Source: an uncultured bacterium
Lineage (GTDB): Bacteria > Bacillota > Bacilli > Lactobacillales > Lactobacillaceae
Direction: 5' to 3'
DNA: 64,000 bases
Assembly: GCA_905214545.1 (NCBI GenBank)
Contig: CAJMMO010000003.1
Location: 124,090-188,089 of the forward strand
This document shows positions 30,595-40,221 of the stretch, in pieces (position 1 is the first letter of the stretch; the number at the start of each line of letters is the position of its first letter). The notes below the pieces were generated by a model. It was not told where the DNA came from, ran no database searches, and saw nothing but the letters and a program-made list of their open reading frames with translations. Made by a program: the position numbers and the translations under genes.

Positions 30595-30625
30595 AAGTTA
30601 GCACTTGGAGTTAACTCCAAGTCAA
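30595..30625 (-). promoter_or_regulatory. MerR-type promoter with 19-bp spacer and dyad
   Basis: TTGACT-19 nt-TAACTT on minus strand; palindrome ACTTGGAGTTAACTCCAAGT at 30603-30622. Confidence 0.75.
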
Positions 30626-30679
30626 CAAGATTTTTAAAATTTTTGCGAGAAAAAAAGCATCCCCAAACGGGGATGCTTT

Positions 30680-30937
30680 TTATTTGCATTTGCGATGTTT
30701 GGCTGCGATTTTTTGGAGTAATAAGGAAAAAAGGCCGACCAAAGCAAAGGCTGCAGACCAAACGCCAACCGCGATGTACTGGAAGTTTTCGTGCACGAAG
30801 CCGCGTTTGTCGACGTAGGTGCCGCCGGCGGCGTAGTAGCCGATGATGCTGGCGGCTAAGAGCAGTGCAAAGAATGCGGTAAGGACGATGGTGAGCGGGA
30901 AGAGGTGGGTGTGTTTTAAGTCTTTGTAATCTGCCAT
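30680..30937 (-). CDS. Small two-TM membrane protein (DUF3955-like)
   Basis: TM-YVD..G..HE.F-TM. Confidence 0.65.
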   Translation of the reverse strand: MADYKDLKHTHLFPLTIVLTAFFALLLAASIIGYYAAGGTYVDKRGFVHENFQYIAVGVWSAAFALVGLFSLLLQKIAAKHRKCK

Positions 30938-31073
30938 TTTAAAAGTCCAATTAAGTCATTAACTCTTACTACTTTAATTGTACATTTAAAAAAGCTAGGT
31001 ATTTATTTTTTATCATCCATGCCATTCCATCTCATAAAAACCAACTTGTATAATTAATAAAGGAGGCAACTAC

Positions 31074-31637
31074 ATGACAAAAAGCGAACTGCAAAAAATG
31101 CAAAGCGGCGAGTGGTTCAACCTCGCCGACCCCGAAATCAACGAACTTAAAAGCCGCGGCGTCCAGCTCTGCCAAGAGTTCAACGAATTGCCTGAAACTG
31201 CTGTAGAAGAGCGTTCGGCCAAGTTAAAACAGCTCTTCGGCGCCACCGGCGAATACGTCAACGTCAACGGCCGGCTCAGCGTCGACTACGGCGTCAACAT
31301 CCACGTCGGCGAGCACTTCTACGCCAATTACAACTTTACAGTCTTAGACAATGCGAAGGTTATTATAGGTAAAAACGCCATGATCGGCCCTGACGTCGGC
31401 ATCTACACGATCAACCACCCGCTGAAAATCAAGGACCGCTTGAAGCCCCTAGGCATCGCCAAGCCCGTCACCATCGGCGACAACGTCTGGATCGGCGGCC
31501 ATGCCACCATCTGCCCCGGCGTCACGATCGGCAACGGCGTCGTAGTCGCAGCCGGCGCCGTCGTCACCAAGGACGTGCCCGACAACGTAGTCGTGGCCGG
31601 TGTCCCCGCCAAAGTCATTAAGAAAATTGAGCAATAA
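31074..31637 (+). CDS. Maltose/galactoside O-acetyltransferase
   Basis: DYG.NI.VG, PVTIGDNVWIGG, hexapeptide repeats, GVPAKVIK. Confidence 0.93.
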   Translation: MTKSELQKMQSGEWFNLADPEINELKSRGVQLCQEFNELPETAVEERSAKLKQLFGATGEYVNVNGRLSVDYGVNIHVGEHFYANYNFTVLDNAKVIIGKNAMIGPDVGIYTINHPLKIKDRLKPLGIAKPVTIGDNVWIGGHATICPGVTIGNGVVVAAGAVVTKDVPDNVVVAGVPAKVIKKIEQ

Positions 31638-31709
31638 AATAAGCACGCAAGTCTTGCGTGCTTTTTCACTGGAGGTTTATTAATGTAGTACTTTTATTGA
31701 TGTAGTAAT

Positions 31710-32243
31710 TTATTCAAAGTCGCCTAAGACAGGGATCTCTTCCTGTTCCAGGTAAGCACGGTAGTCCTTGGCAGCCTTTGCCAAGTCCTCATCGCTGATC
31801 GTCCGGGCCCCAACGATCTCAAACGGCTTTAAGTAGTTGGTCCCCATCACGCGGCTGACCGCCTGGAACGGCCGCAGCAGCTCGTTAGGAGTATATTTTA
31901 CAAACTGGTCGCGACCATAGTTATTTGCGCCCAGCGTCACCGCCAAAAGCAAGTCCTTGCCCTGCAACTGGCCTTCCGGGCCAAAAGCCCAGTCTGGCGT
32001 AATCATGACGTCTTCCCACTGCTGCAGCAAGGCCGGTGCCGAGTACCAGTGCATCGGAAACTCGATGACGATGCGGTCGGCTGCCAGCATGGCCTGCTTT
32101 TCTTTTTCAACGTCGATCTTAAAGTCCGGGTACAGCTCGTAAATATTGCGGACTTCAAACTCGTCGCTGACAGCGTTTACCAAAGCCCTATTCACGCGCG
32201 AGTCTTGGTAATCCGGGTGGAACAAATTAACAATGGTCTTCAT
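31710..32243 (-). CDS. Flavodoxin-fold NAD(P)H-dependent oxidoreductase, close paralog of 29603-30139
   Basis: Collinear with the paralog from MKTI.NLFHPD to IP.LGDFE. Confidence 0.9.
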   Translation of the reverse strand: MKTIVNLFHPDYQDSRVNRALVNAVSDEFEVRNIYELYPDFKIDVEKEKQAMLAADRIVIEFPMHWYSAPALLQQWEDVMITPDWAFGPEGQLQGKDLLLAVTLGANNYGRDQFVKYTPNELLRPFQAVSRVMGTNYLKPFEIVGARTISDEDLAKAAKDYRAYLEQEEIPVLGDFE

Positions 32244-32302
32244 TTTCAATCCCTCTTAATTTTTCACAAAAAACGATTCACATAAATGCCTCTTAAATCA
32301 AA

Positions 32303-32497
32303 TAAAAAAGGGAAGCTTCGATCATTCTTCGAGGCTTCCTTTTTGTCAGGCTGAAATTTTTGCGCACAAATGGCGCGCAAAGGATCCTTCTTCTGCCATC
32401 TAGACTTTTACTATCGGTACCCGTCAAGGATTCCACCGCGTCTGCGGGTTGCGGACTCTCACCGCCGGTTGGGACTTCCACCCTGCCTCGAAGAACT
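32303..32497 (-). ncRNA. FMN riboswitch with terminator/antiterminator upstream of the oxidoreductase
   Basis: Minus strand TTCTTCGAGGCAGGGTG-AAGTCCCAACCGGCGGT..AGTCCGCAA...CCGATAGT..AGTCTAGATGGCAGAAGA; terminator arm GCCTCGAAGAA is complementary to the aptamer 5' end. Confidence 0.88.
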
Positions 32498-32646
32498 TTG
32501 TTACTTGATTCGCCTTAAATTTAAATCGCCTCTAAAAAATTGTCAATTTGCGCTTGTGGACAATAAATCTACATGTTTTTAACACAATAAAAAAGCACTG
32601 AAGCCTAAGCTTGGGTGCTTTTTTTGTCAGCAGGAGCAAATTTTTT

Positions 32647-33102
32647 CTACATTATTTTATTCAGCGAAATCATCTCCAATAAACTCTGCGCCGTACTGCG
32701 GCCCTCGTTGCCAGCCTTCAGACCCGCTCTCTGCAAGGCCTGCTCGATAGTGTCGCAGGTCAAAATCCCAAAGGTGACCGGGACCTGGCCCTTTAAGTTA
32801 GCCTGCATCAAGGCGCTGGTCACCTGCTGGATGATCATGCTGTAGTGGTCGGTTTCGCCCTTGATCACCGCGCCCAGCGACATGATGCCGTCGTAGCCTT
32901 TTTTAGCCAGCAGCTTGGTGACCGCAAAGCCGATCTCAAAAGCGCCCGGCACCCAGTAGACGTCGACATCAGCAATGCCGAATTGTTTCAGCGTCGCCTG
33001 GGCCCCTGCCACCAGCTGGCGAGTAATCGTCTCATTGAACTTCGACGCCACAATCGCAATCTTGGCGTCTTTTACTTGGTAGTTTCCTTCATAAACAGTC
33101 AT
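32647..33102 (-). CDS. ribH: 6,7-dimethyl-8-ribityllumazine synthase
   Basis: [37 protein letters not shown]. Confidence 0.96.
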   Translation of the reverse strand: MTVYEGNYQVKDAKIAIVASKFNETITRQLVAGAQATLKQFGIADVDVYWVPGAFEIGFAVTKLLAKKGYDGIMSLGAVIKGETDHYSMIIQQVTSALMQANLKGQVPVTFGILTCDTIEQALQRAGLKAGNEGRSTAQSLLEMISLNKIM

Positions 33103-33114
33103 TTTTTTACTCTC

Positions 33115-34293
33115 CTATAAAGCAGTTAACAGGTGGTGAAACTTGTCGCGTTTGGTCTCCAGGTAGAACTGGTCGTGTTCAGTTGCCGCCATTTCCAGCG
33201 GGGTCCGTCTTGCCACTTCAATGCCGTTTTCTTCTAATTGGGCAATCTTGTCCGGGTTATTGGTTAAAAGGTTGACTGCGTGAATCCCCAAATCCTTTAA
33301 CATCCCGGCGGCCTTTTCGTAGTCGCGCTCGTCCGGCGCAAAGCCCAGCTCTTCGTTTGCGTCATAGGTGTCGACGCCCTGGTCTTGCAGTGCGTAGGCC
33401 TTGAGCTTGTTGGCTAGGCCAATGCCGCGGCCTTCCTGGCGCAGGTACAAGAGCACCCCGCTGCCGTTTTGGCTGATCTTCGCCATCGCCGTGTGCAGCT
33501 GGTCGCCGCAATCACAGCGCAGCGAGCCGAAGGTGTCGCCCGTCATGCATTCCGAGTGCAGGCGGACCAGCACCGGCTTAGACAAATCCAGCTGGCCCTT
33601 GACCAAAGCCAGGTTGCCTTGGCCATAGTCTTTGACCTTGAAGTTGCCGTATTTAGTGGGCAGGTTTACAAACGCTGCAGGCTTACTCGCCGGGCTTTTG
33701 ACATATTCCTGCAGGTCGGCAATGGTCAAAAACGGCATGTGGTATTCCTTGGCAATCTCGCGCAACTGCGGCCGGCGTGCCATGTGGCCGTCGGCTTTCA
33801 TGACCTCGCAGATGTAGGCGACTTCGGGCTCGCCTGCCAGCCGTGCCAAGGTGACCGAGGCCTCGGTGTGGCCGTTGCGCTCTAACACCCCGCCGTCTTT
33901 AGCGACCAGCGGGAAGCAGTGGCCCGGCCGGAAGAAGTCTTCGGGCTTGGAAGTCGGGTCGGCGATGGCCTTGATGGTCGTCGCCCGGTCGTAGGCTGAA
34001 ATCCCCGTGGTCGTAGTCTTGTAGTCGACGCTGATGGTGAAGGCCGTGCCGTAAGGGTCGGTGTTGTTCGTCTCCATCTGCGGCAGCTGCAGGCGCTCTG
34101 CGACTTTGCGGCCCACGCTGGTGCAGAGCAGGCCCCTAGCATGCTTGATCATAAAGTTCACGTTTTCCGGCGTCACTTTTGAGCCCAAGCCGATCATGTC
34201 GCCTTCGGACTCGCGGTCTTCGTCGTCGGCCACGATGACTAAGCCGCCTTTTTTCATCCAAGCAATAGCATTTTGAATCTTTTTAACATCCAT
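33115..34293 (-). CDS. ribBA: DHBP synthase / GTP cyclohydrolase II
   Basis: DDEDRESEGD, GHTEAS, RLHSEC.TGD..GS.RCDC, QEGRGIGL, LLTNNP. Confidence 0.97.
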   Translation of the reverse strand: MDVKKIQNAIAWMKKGGLVIVADDEDRESEGDMIGLGSKVTPENVNFMIKHARGLLCTSVGRKVAERLQLPQMETNNTDPYGTAFTISVDYKTTTTGISAYDRATTIKAIADPTSKPEDFFRPGHCFPLVAKDGGVLERNGHTEASVTLARLAGEPEVAYICEVMKADGHMARRPQLREIAKEYHMPFLTIADLQEYVKSPASKPAAFVNLPTKYGNFKVKDYGQGNLALVKGQLDLSKPVLVRLHSECMTGDTFGSLRCDCGDQLHTAMAKISQNGSGVLLYLRQEGRGIGLANKLKAYALQDQGVDTYDANEELGFAPDERDYEKAAGMLKDLGIHAVNLLTNNPDKIAQLEENGIEVARRTPLEMAATEHDQFYLETKRDKFHHLLTAL

Positions 34294-34296
34294 TTT

Positions 34297-34893
34297 TTAC
34301 GCGTCCTTTTTTAAATTTGCTTCTACGTATTTGCCTAAAATGTCGGTCTCTAGATTGACCTCGTCACCGACTTGCAGACCTGCCAAGTTTGTTTCGTCTT
34401 GGGTGTGCGGGATCAGGCCCACTGCAAAAGAGTTGGCGGTCACATTCATCACCGTCAGACTCACGCCGTTCAAGGCTACACTGCCCTGCGCGACGATCTG
34501 GCTGCGCAGGCGGGCGGGCCTTTCAAACTTCAGCTCGATGGCATTTTGGTTAGGCTTTTTTTCTAATAATTTGACTGTCTCATCGACGTGGCCCGTCAAG
34601 ATGTGGCCTTCCAGGCGGTCGTGCACCTGCAGGGCCCGCTCGACGTTGACGGCGTCGCCGACCTGGCTGTTTTTAAACACCGTCTTTTTAAAGGTCTGCG
34701 GCATCATGGTGACCGTAAATTCGTTTTGACTGATCTTATCTGCTGTCAGGCAGGTGCCGTTGACGGCGATCGATTCGCCGATCTTGGCGCCGGCCAAAAA
34801 ATTGTCTGGGCAAGCAACCGTCATCTGGATGGTCTGCTTGTCGATGGCCAGGGCCGCAATCTTGGCCCCGCCTGTCACTAATCCGCTAAACAT
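34297..34893 (-). CDS. ribE: Riboflavin synthase
   Basis: MFSGLV, SIAVNGTCLT, VN.ERA, GH..TGHVD, NLETD. Confidence 0.96.
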   Translation of the reverse strand: MFSGLVTGGAKIAALAIDKQTIQMTVACPDNFLAGAKIGESIAVNGTCLTADKISQNEFTVTMMPQTFKKTVFKNSQVGDAVNVERALQVHDRLEGHILTGHVDETVKLLEKKPNQNAIELKFERPARLRSQIVAQGSVALNGVSLTVMNVTANSFAVGLIPHTQDETNLAGLQVGDEVNLETDILGKYVEANLKKDA

Positions 34894-35947
34894 GTTCGTG
34901 CCTTTCTTCAATGCGCAAATCCTGCCCCAGCTGCTCGTAGCTCACATAGGCAAAGCTGTGGCTCTTTGCGGCAACTGCTGCCGGGACAGCCTGCCTGCCC
35001 AGCAAGCGCGGGTCCAGGTAGGTGATTAATTCGTTGACTGGGTAACGGTCCAGGATGCTTTTGGCTAAAGTCGGCCCGCCTTCGACGTAGAGCGACTGCA
35101 GCTCGTTTGCTGTCATGAGGTCAAACAAAGTCTGCAAGTCATCGCCGCTGCTTAAAAAGCAGCTCACATCCCCATCAAAACGGTGGGCAGCCAATTCCTT
35201 GTTTTCTGTTATTACCCAAGTCGGCGCCTGGCCATCCGTCAGCAGCTTGAGGTCTAAATGCGCCAATAATCTGCCGCGGCGGTCTAAGACCACGCGAATG
35301 GGCGGATGACTTTGCTTTTGGCTCGTCAGCAGGCTGGGATTGTCGATTATGGCGGTCGCACTCCCGATCACGATGGCGTGGAAGTCGGCGCGTTCTTGGT
35401 GGACGCGGGCATTGACTTCTTCGTTGGTGACCTGGCTGCGCTGATTAATTTTGGCGGCGACTTTGCCATCTAAGGAGATTGCCTGCTTGACCGTAAGCCA
35501 AGGGCGATTGTGGCTGTAAAAATAGCTATAGTGGCTGTTCAGCTCAGCCGCTTCGTCTGCCAGCACCCCGGTCGTCACCGCCAGCCCCTGCTTTTTCAAA
35601 TAGGCAATGCCCTTGCTGTGCACCAGCTGGTGGGGGTCAGTCTGCGCGATGACCACGCGCCTGATGCCGCTTTTGGCAACCAGCTGGTCGCAAGGCGGCT
35701 GTTTGCCGAAGTGGGCACAAGGCTCTAAGGTCACGTACAAAGTTGAATTGAGTAATTGTTCTGAGGTTAATTGCGAGATTGCAGCTCGTTCGGCGTGGAA
35801 GCCGCCGTATTGGCGGTGGCAGCCTTTGGCAAGAACGCGGCCGTCTTTGACGATCACGGCGCCCACCTGGGGATTTTTCCAGGTGTGGAAGCGGCCCTTG
35901 CGGGCTTCTTGCAATGCGAGCCGCATGTAAAACTCATCATTGTTCAT
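34886..35947 (-). CDS. ribD: Pyrimidine deaminase/reductase
   Basis: NPQVGAVIV, HAE, VTLEPC.H.GKQPPC, SLDGK, VEGG. Confidence 0.96.
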   Translation of the reverse strand: MNNDEFYMRLALQEARKGRFHTWKNPQVGAVIVKDGRVLAKGCHRQYGGFHAERAAISQLTSEQLLNSTLYVTLEPCAHFGKQPPCDQLVAKSGIRRVVIAQTDPHQLVHSKGIAYLKKQGLAVTTGVLADEAAELNSHYSYFYSHNRPWLTVKQAISLDGKVAAKINQRSQVTNEEVNARVHQERADFHAIVIGSATAIIDNPSLLTSQKQSHPPIRVVLDRRGRLLAHLDLKLLTDGQAPTWVITENKELAAHRFDGDVSCFLSSGDDLQTLFDLMTANELQSLYVEGGPTLAKSILDRYPVNELITYLDPRLLGRQAVPAAVAAKSHSFAYVSYEQLGQDLRIEERHEHV

Positions 35948-35971
35948 GATTCTCACTTCCTTCAGAACACA

Positions 35972-36167
35972 AAAAAGAAGCTCCGATTGTTCATCGAAGC
36001 TTCTGACTTTTTTATTCAGATCAAAATACAGGACGCCAAAAAAGGCGTGCGAAATACTTTTCTTCTGCCATCTAGACTGTAACTATCGGTACCTTAAAGG
36101 TTTCCACCGCTTGCGCGGGTTGCGGACTTTCACCGCCGGTCGGGAATTGCACCCTGCCTCGAAGAAC
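35972..36167 (-). ncRNA. FMN riboswitch of the rib operon with terminator
   Basis: TTCTTCGAGGCAGGGTGCAATTCCCGACCGGCGGTGAAAGTCCGCAA...CCGATAGTTACAGTCTAGATGGCAGAAGA; hairpin with T-tract before ribD. Confidence 0.93.
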
Positions 36168-36311
36168 TATTATTCAATTCGTTTCCACAGTAAACCGCTT
36201 TCAAAAAATTGTCAACGAAAATTTCATTTTTACTTGTTGACAATAAAAATACAGGCGCTAATATAATACTTGTAAATGTTAAAACAACAAGTCGAAAGGG
36301 AGTACATAATT

Positions 36312-37163
36312 ATGAAATACGCTATTACTGCTGCAACTGGTAACTTTGGTCAAACTGCTGTGAAGGACTTAGCCGCTAAGGTCGGCAAGGAAAATGTCGT
36401 CGTCATCGCCCGCAACACCGAAAAAGCACAAAAGCTTTTCCCAGGCTTTGAAGTTCGCGAAGGCAACTACGACAGCCAAGAATCTGTCGCAAAAGCCTTA
36501 AAGGGTGTCGACAAGGTTCTGTTTATTTCATCCCAGCCTGGCGGCAAGGTTGCTCGCGACCAGCAACACAAGAACGTAGTCGCTGCCTTGAAGGAAGCCG
36601 GCGTCAGCTTCGTAGCCTACACCAGCTTTACGGACGCTCAAAATTCTACCAGCGCCCTGGCTGCCGACCACAAGTTAACTGAAAACCTGCTGAAGGACTC
36701 CGGCATCGCCCACTCCTTCCTGCGGGACAACTGGTACCTGGAAGACGAAATCGGCTTCATTCAAAGCGGCGCCAACAAGCAAACCGCTGCTTACTGGGCC
36801 GCTGGCAAGGCCGGCTGGGCTTTAGAGCGTGAATACGCCGAAGCTGCCGTCAATGTCTTAACTGCCGACAACCCTAAGGAAGTCTACGAGTTCGGCGGCC
36901 AGCTGCACGACTACGAAGACTTGGGCAAGGCGCTGCAAGAAGCTACTGGCAACACCTTCCCTGTAGCAAAGGTAAGCAAGGACGACTACATCAAGGCCCT
37001 GGTTGCCAGCGGCTTAGATGAAGGCACCGCTGCAATGTTTGCCTCCTTCCAAGACCCGATTCAAGACGGTTCTTTGGACTACGCAAGCAATGACTTGGCA
37101 GAAGTTCTGGGCCGCGAGCCGCTGAGTCTGCCGGAAGCCATCAAGGAAATCTTGAGCCGCTAA
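36312..37163 (+). CDS. NmrA-like quinone oxidoreductase (QorB/YtfG-like)
   Basis: AITAATGNFG, YTSF, LA.DH..TE, LR.NWY. Confidence 0.88.
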   Translation: MKYAITAATGNFGQTAVKDLAAKVGKENVVVIARNTEKAQKLFPGFEVREGNYDSQESVAKALKGVDKVLFISSQPGGKVARDQQHKNVVAALKEAGVSFVAYTSFTDAQNSTSALAADHKLTENLLKDSGIAHSFLRDNWYLEDEIGFIQSGANKQTAAYWAAGKAGWALEREYAEAAVNVLTADNPKEVYEFGGQLHDYEDLGKALQEATGNTFPVAKVSKDDYIKALVASGLDEGTAAMFASFQDPIQDGSLDYASNDLAEVLGREPLSLPEAIKEILSR

Positions 37164-37217
37164 TTGCGAATTGCTCACGCCAACTGTAAACTATAAAAAT
37201 ACAGGTGGTGAGTGAAA

Positions 37218-37652
37218 ATGAAGTATTCTCATAAACTTAGCGATGCAATCCACATTTTGGCCTACATCGACATCTACGCGGATGCGGACTTGTCCAGCAA
37301 GGCGATTGCCGCCAGTGTCGAGTCCAACCCCAGCGTGGTGCGGAGCCTGTCCAGCGACCTGCGCAAGGCAGGGCTAATTAAAAGCCGGCAAGGCGTCGCC
37401 AGCCCGGAACTTGCAAAGGCTCCGGACGACATCTCCATTTACGACGTCTTCATGGCAATCAACGCCGACCACATGCTGCTCCACATTGATCCCAAGACTA
37501 ACCCCAAGTGCATTGTCGGCGGCAACATCCAGGCCGTTTTGGCTAAAGCCTACCAGCAGGTCGAAGACAAGGCTTTTGCCGAGATGAAGACGATCACGCT
37601 GGCTAAGATCATCGGCCAGATTAAGGAATTGCAGAGCGCAAAAGAAGAATAA
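37218..37652 (+). CDS. Rrf2 family regulator
   Basis: SDAIHIL.Y, S..IA.SV..NP.VVR, I...DV..A, NP.C.VG.NI. Confidence 0.9.
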   Translation: MKYSHKLSDAIHILAYIDIYADADLSSKAIAASVESNPSVVRSLSSDLRKAGLIKSRQGVASPELAKAPDDISIYDVFMAINADHMLLHIDPKTNPKCIVGGNIQAVLAKAYQQVEDKAFAEMKTITLAKIIGQIKELQSAKEE

Positions 37653-37687
37653 AAAAATAAGGCAGCTGAGCTGCCCTATTTTTTTGG

Positions 37688-38392
37688 CTATTTTTTCTCG
37701 CCATGGTCTAAGATTCTGGCAAAAGTTGCCAGGTTCAGACTTTGGATGTAGATGTCGCCGCTGCCTTTGAAGGTGTTCACGATGCCTTCGCCGGTCCCGA
37801 TCGACTGGAAGAAGCTGTTTTCAAAGTGGATGTCGTAGTCGAGGCTGGTCGACCAGGCCACGACGTGGTTGTTGTCGATGGTGATTTCGTCGTTGTCCAA
37901 CGAGATTTTCTTGATTGAACCATAGGCGTTGCAGAGCACGGTGCCCTCGCCGCTGGTGGTCATGACGAAAAAGCCGCCGGTGCCGGAAAACAGGGCCCGG
38001 CCGATGGACTGCCTTTTCATTTGGTAGCTGGCAGACCCGTCCATGGCTAAGAACTTGCCGTCGTTGATCCGGTACTGCTGGTCGCCTAATTTAAGAGGCA
38101 GGACTTCGCCTGGGACGGCCGGAGCGACGGCCAGGTTGCCGATTTCGCCTTGGGCTTCGGCCTCGGTGATCCAGATGCTTTCGCTGGAAGAAATGGAGCG
38201 GCCGACGGCGCGCATCAGTTTGCCGACGCCGGAACCGGAGGCGTTGACCTTGGTGCTCAGCGCGATGCTGGTGGAGTGGTAGACCATGCTGCCGCGCTGG
38301 ATGCAGACTCTTTCGCCGGGCTCGAGCTCGATGTTGACTAAGGGAAATTGCAGCTGCTTGTCGATGGTGTAGTTCATGCGGTTGTCGCTCAT
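37688..38392 (-). CDS. AIM24/TIGR00266 family protein
   Basis: G.M.Y, FLA, LF.GTGGF, IDN.HVVAW, GEG....F.G.G...IQS. Confidence 0.88.
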   Translation of the reverse strand: MSDNRMNYTIDKQLQFPLVNIELEPGERVCIQRGSMVYHSTSIALSTKVNASGSGVGKLMRAVGRSISSSESIWITEAEAQGEIGNLAVAPAVPGEVLPLKLGDQQYRINDGKFLAMDGSASYQMKRQSIGRALFSGTGGFFVMTTSGEGTVLCNAYGSIKKISLDNDEITIDNNHVVAWSTSLDYDIHFENSFFQSIGTGEGIVNTFKGSGDIYIQSLNLATFARILDHGEKK

Positions 38393-38589
38393 GTTGATTC
38401 CTCGCTTTTTTGATAGTAATGCTTAGATTTTACGGTATGGACTGGCCTTTTGACTAGCATACTGCTTTTTTTGCGCCCTTTTGGCTGAATGTGTGGCATA
38501 TGCCCCGGGCGGCAAAACACTGCCCATTTGAAACAAACCAGAACCTGCTCATAATGAAACAAAACTGACAAAGAAAGGAGCTAGTTAAA

Positions 38590-39417
38590 ATGCTCAACAA
38601 AGATGTTTACCAACTAGACAGCCACGGTCCGATCTACGCCTACTACAATCCCGAAACTGTGGCGGCCGGCCAACCGGTGCCCCTAGTGTTAGACCTCAAC
38701 TGCACGACCGGCAATCCCGAAGCAGAAGTCGTCAGCAACGGCTGGGACCAGGTCGCAGAAGAAGAAAAGCTTGTCGTCATTGCCCCTACTTACGACGACT
38801 ACGTGACCTACGGCGAAACGGGCTACATGAAAACCGTGATCGCTGACGCGATTAAGCGCTACCCGATCGACCGCCAGCGCATTTATTCCGTCGGCTTTTC
38901 CAACGGCGGGGCGCTGTCGGGCGCTCTAGCCAGCACCTACCCGCACTTGCTGGCCGGCATTGCCGCGATGGGCTGGCTAATTAGCTTGCGAAACACGGCT
39001 GACTTAACAATTCCTTTTCTCTTAATCCAAGGCACCGAGGAATACACCAGCCACTTTGGACAAGACAAGGTCATGCGTGACGAGCAAGAAGCGCTGCGTG
39101 ACCTCATGCAGGCCGACGGGCTGACGACAGCGGCCCCTGATTACCGCGCAACGCCCTACTTCGGCTACCGCCCCGACCGCAGCTTCAGCAAAAAGCCGCG
39201 CTACCGCGACTATGACCCTTACGCCCGCAACCCGCGGCTCCAGGACGATAAGAATTGGGAATTCAACCAATACTTCAAGGCGGGCTTTGAGCATCCCTTC
39301 GCGGAGTTAGTGCTGGTGCAGGATGCGCCGCACATCCCGCACGACTGCAATGCCCGGGTTGCCTGGGACTTCTTGCGGCATTTTCGCCGCGATGAACACG
39401 GAGAGATCAAAGAATAA
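38590..39417 (+). CDS. Esterase (PHB depolymerase/LpqC-like alpha/beta hydrolase)
   Basis: PLVL, ID..RIY.VGFSNGG, PH. Confidence 0.75.
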   Translation: MLNKDVYQLDSHGPIYAYYNPETVAAGQPVPLVLDLNCTTGNPEAEVVSNGWDQVAEEEKLVVIAPTYDDYVTYGETGYMKTVIADAIKRYPIDRQRIYSVGFSNGGALSGALASTYPHLLAGIAAMGWLISLRNTADLTIPFLLIQGTEEYTSHFGQDKVMRDEQEALRDLMQADGLTTAAPDYRATPYFGYRPDRSFSKKPRYRDYDPYARNPRLQDDKNWEFNQYFKAGFEHPFAELVLVQDAPHIPHDCNARVAWDFLRHFRRDEHGEIKE

Positions 39418-39569
39418 GCTTTGTGCTACTCTTCCGGCCGATGTGTGGCATATGCCCCGGGCGGCAAAACACTGCCCATTTTTTCAAGGGTAAGCCGGCC
39501 TCATAATAAAAACTGTCAACAGACGAAGAAAGAATTTAATTTGAGCAAACTATTTTTTAAAAAGGAGCA

Positions 39570-40169
39570 ATGACGATGAGAAACGTATTGATTATTGGCG
39601 CTACTGGGACTTTAGGCAGAGCGGCCACTAAGGCTTTATTGGCAGAAACTGACGACCACTTGACGCTGTTCAGCCGGTCGGCGGACCGCTTGCCGGTGGC
39701 TGACCCGGACCGCGTGAAGACGATGAGCGGGAACGTGATGAACGACGCCGACTTGGATGAGGCGCTGCAGGGGCAAGACGCGGTGTTTGCGGCCTTGAGC
39801 GGCAACATGGGCGCTTTTGCCAAGAAGATTGTGGCGGCGATGGACCGCAATGGCGTGAGCCGGCTGGTCTTTATCTGCACGATTGGGATTTACAACGAGA
39901 TCCAAGGCTACAACATCAACCCTTACTTGAACCCGACGCTGCACACTTACAGGAAGGCAGCGGACGCGATTGAGGCATCGGATTTGAACTACACGATTAT
40001 TCGGCCGGGCTGGTTTATTAGCGGGCCGGGGGACTACACGGTGACGCGGAAGGGCGAGCCTTTTGTGGGCCACGATGCGACGATTAGTTCGATTGGGGAT
40101 GCGGTCAAGCGGCTGGTTGATGATGACAAGCTGTACTCAAGAGACAGTATTGGGATTGCGACGAGATAA
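39570..40169 (+). CDS. NAD(P)H-binding SDR (BVR-B-like)
   Basis: IIGATGTLG, L.GQD.VFA, YTIIRPGW. Confidence 0.88.
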   Translation: MTMRNVLIIGATGTLGRAATKALLAETDDHLTLFSRSADRLPVADPDRVKTMSGNVMNDADLDEALQGQDAVFAALSGNMGAFAKKIVAAMDRNGVSRLVFICTIGIYNEIQGYNINPYLNPTLHTYRKAADAIEASDLNYTIIRPGWFISGPGDYTVTRKGEPFVGHDATISSIGDAVKRLVDDDKLYSRDSIGIATR

Positions 40170-40221
40170 AAAATTTATCTCGATAAAACAAAAAAAGATG
40201 AACTTTTCAGGTTCATCTTTT

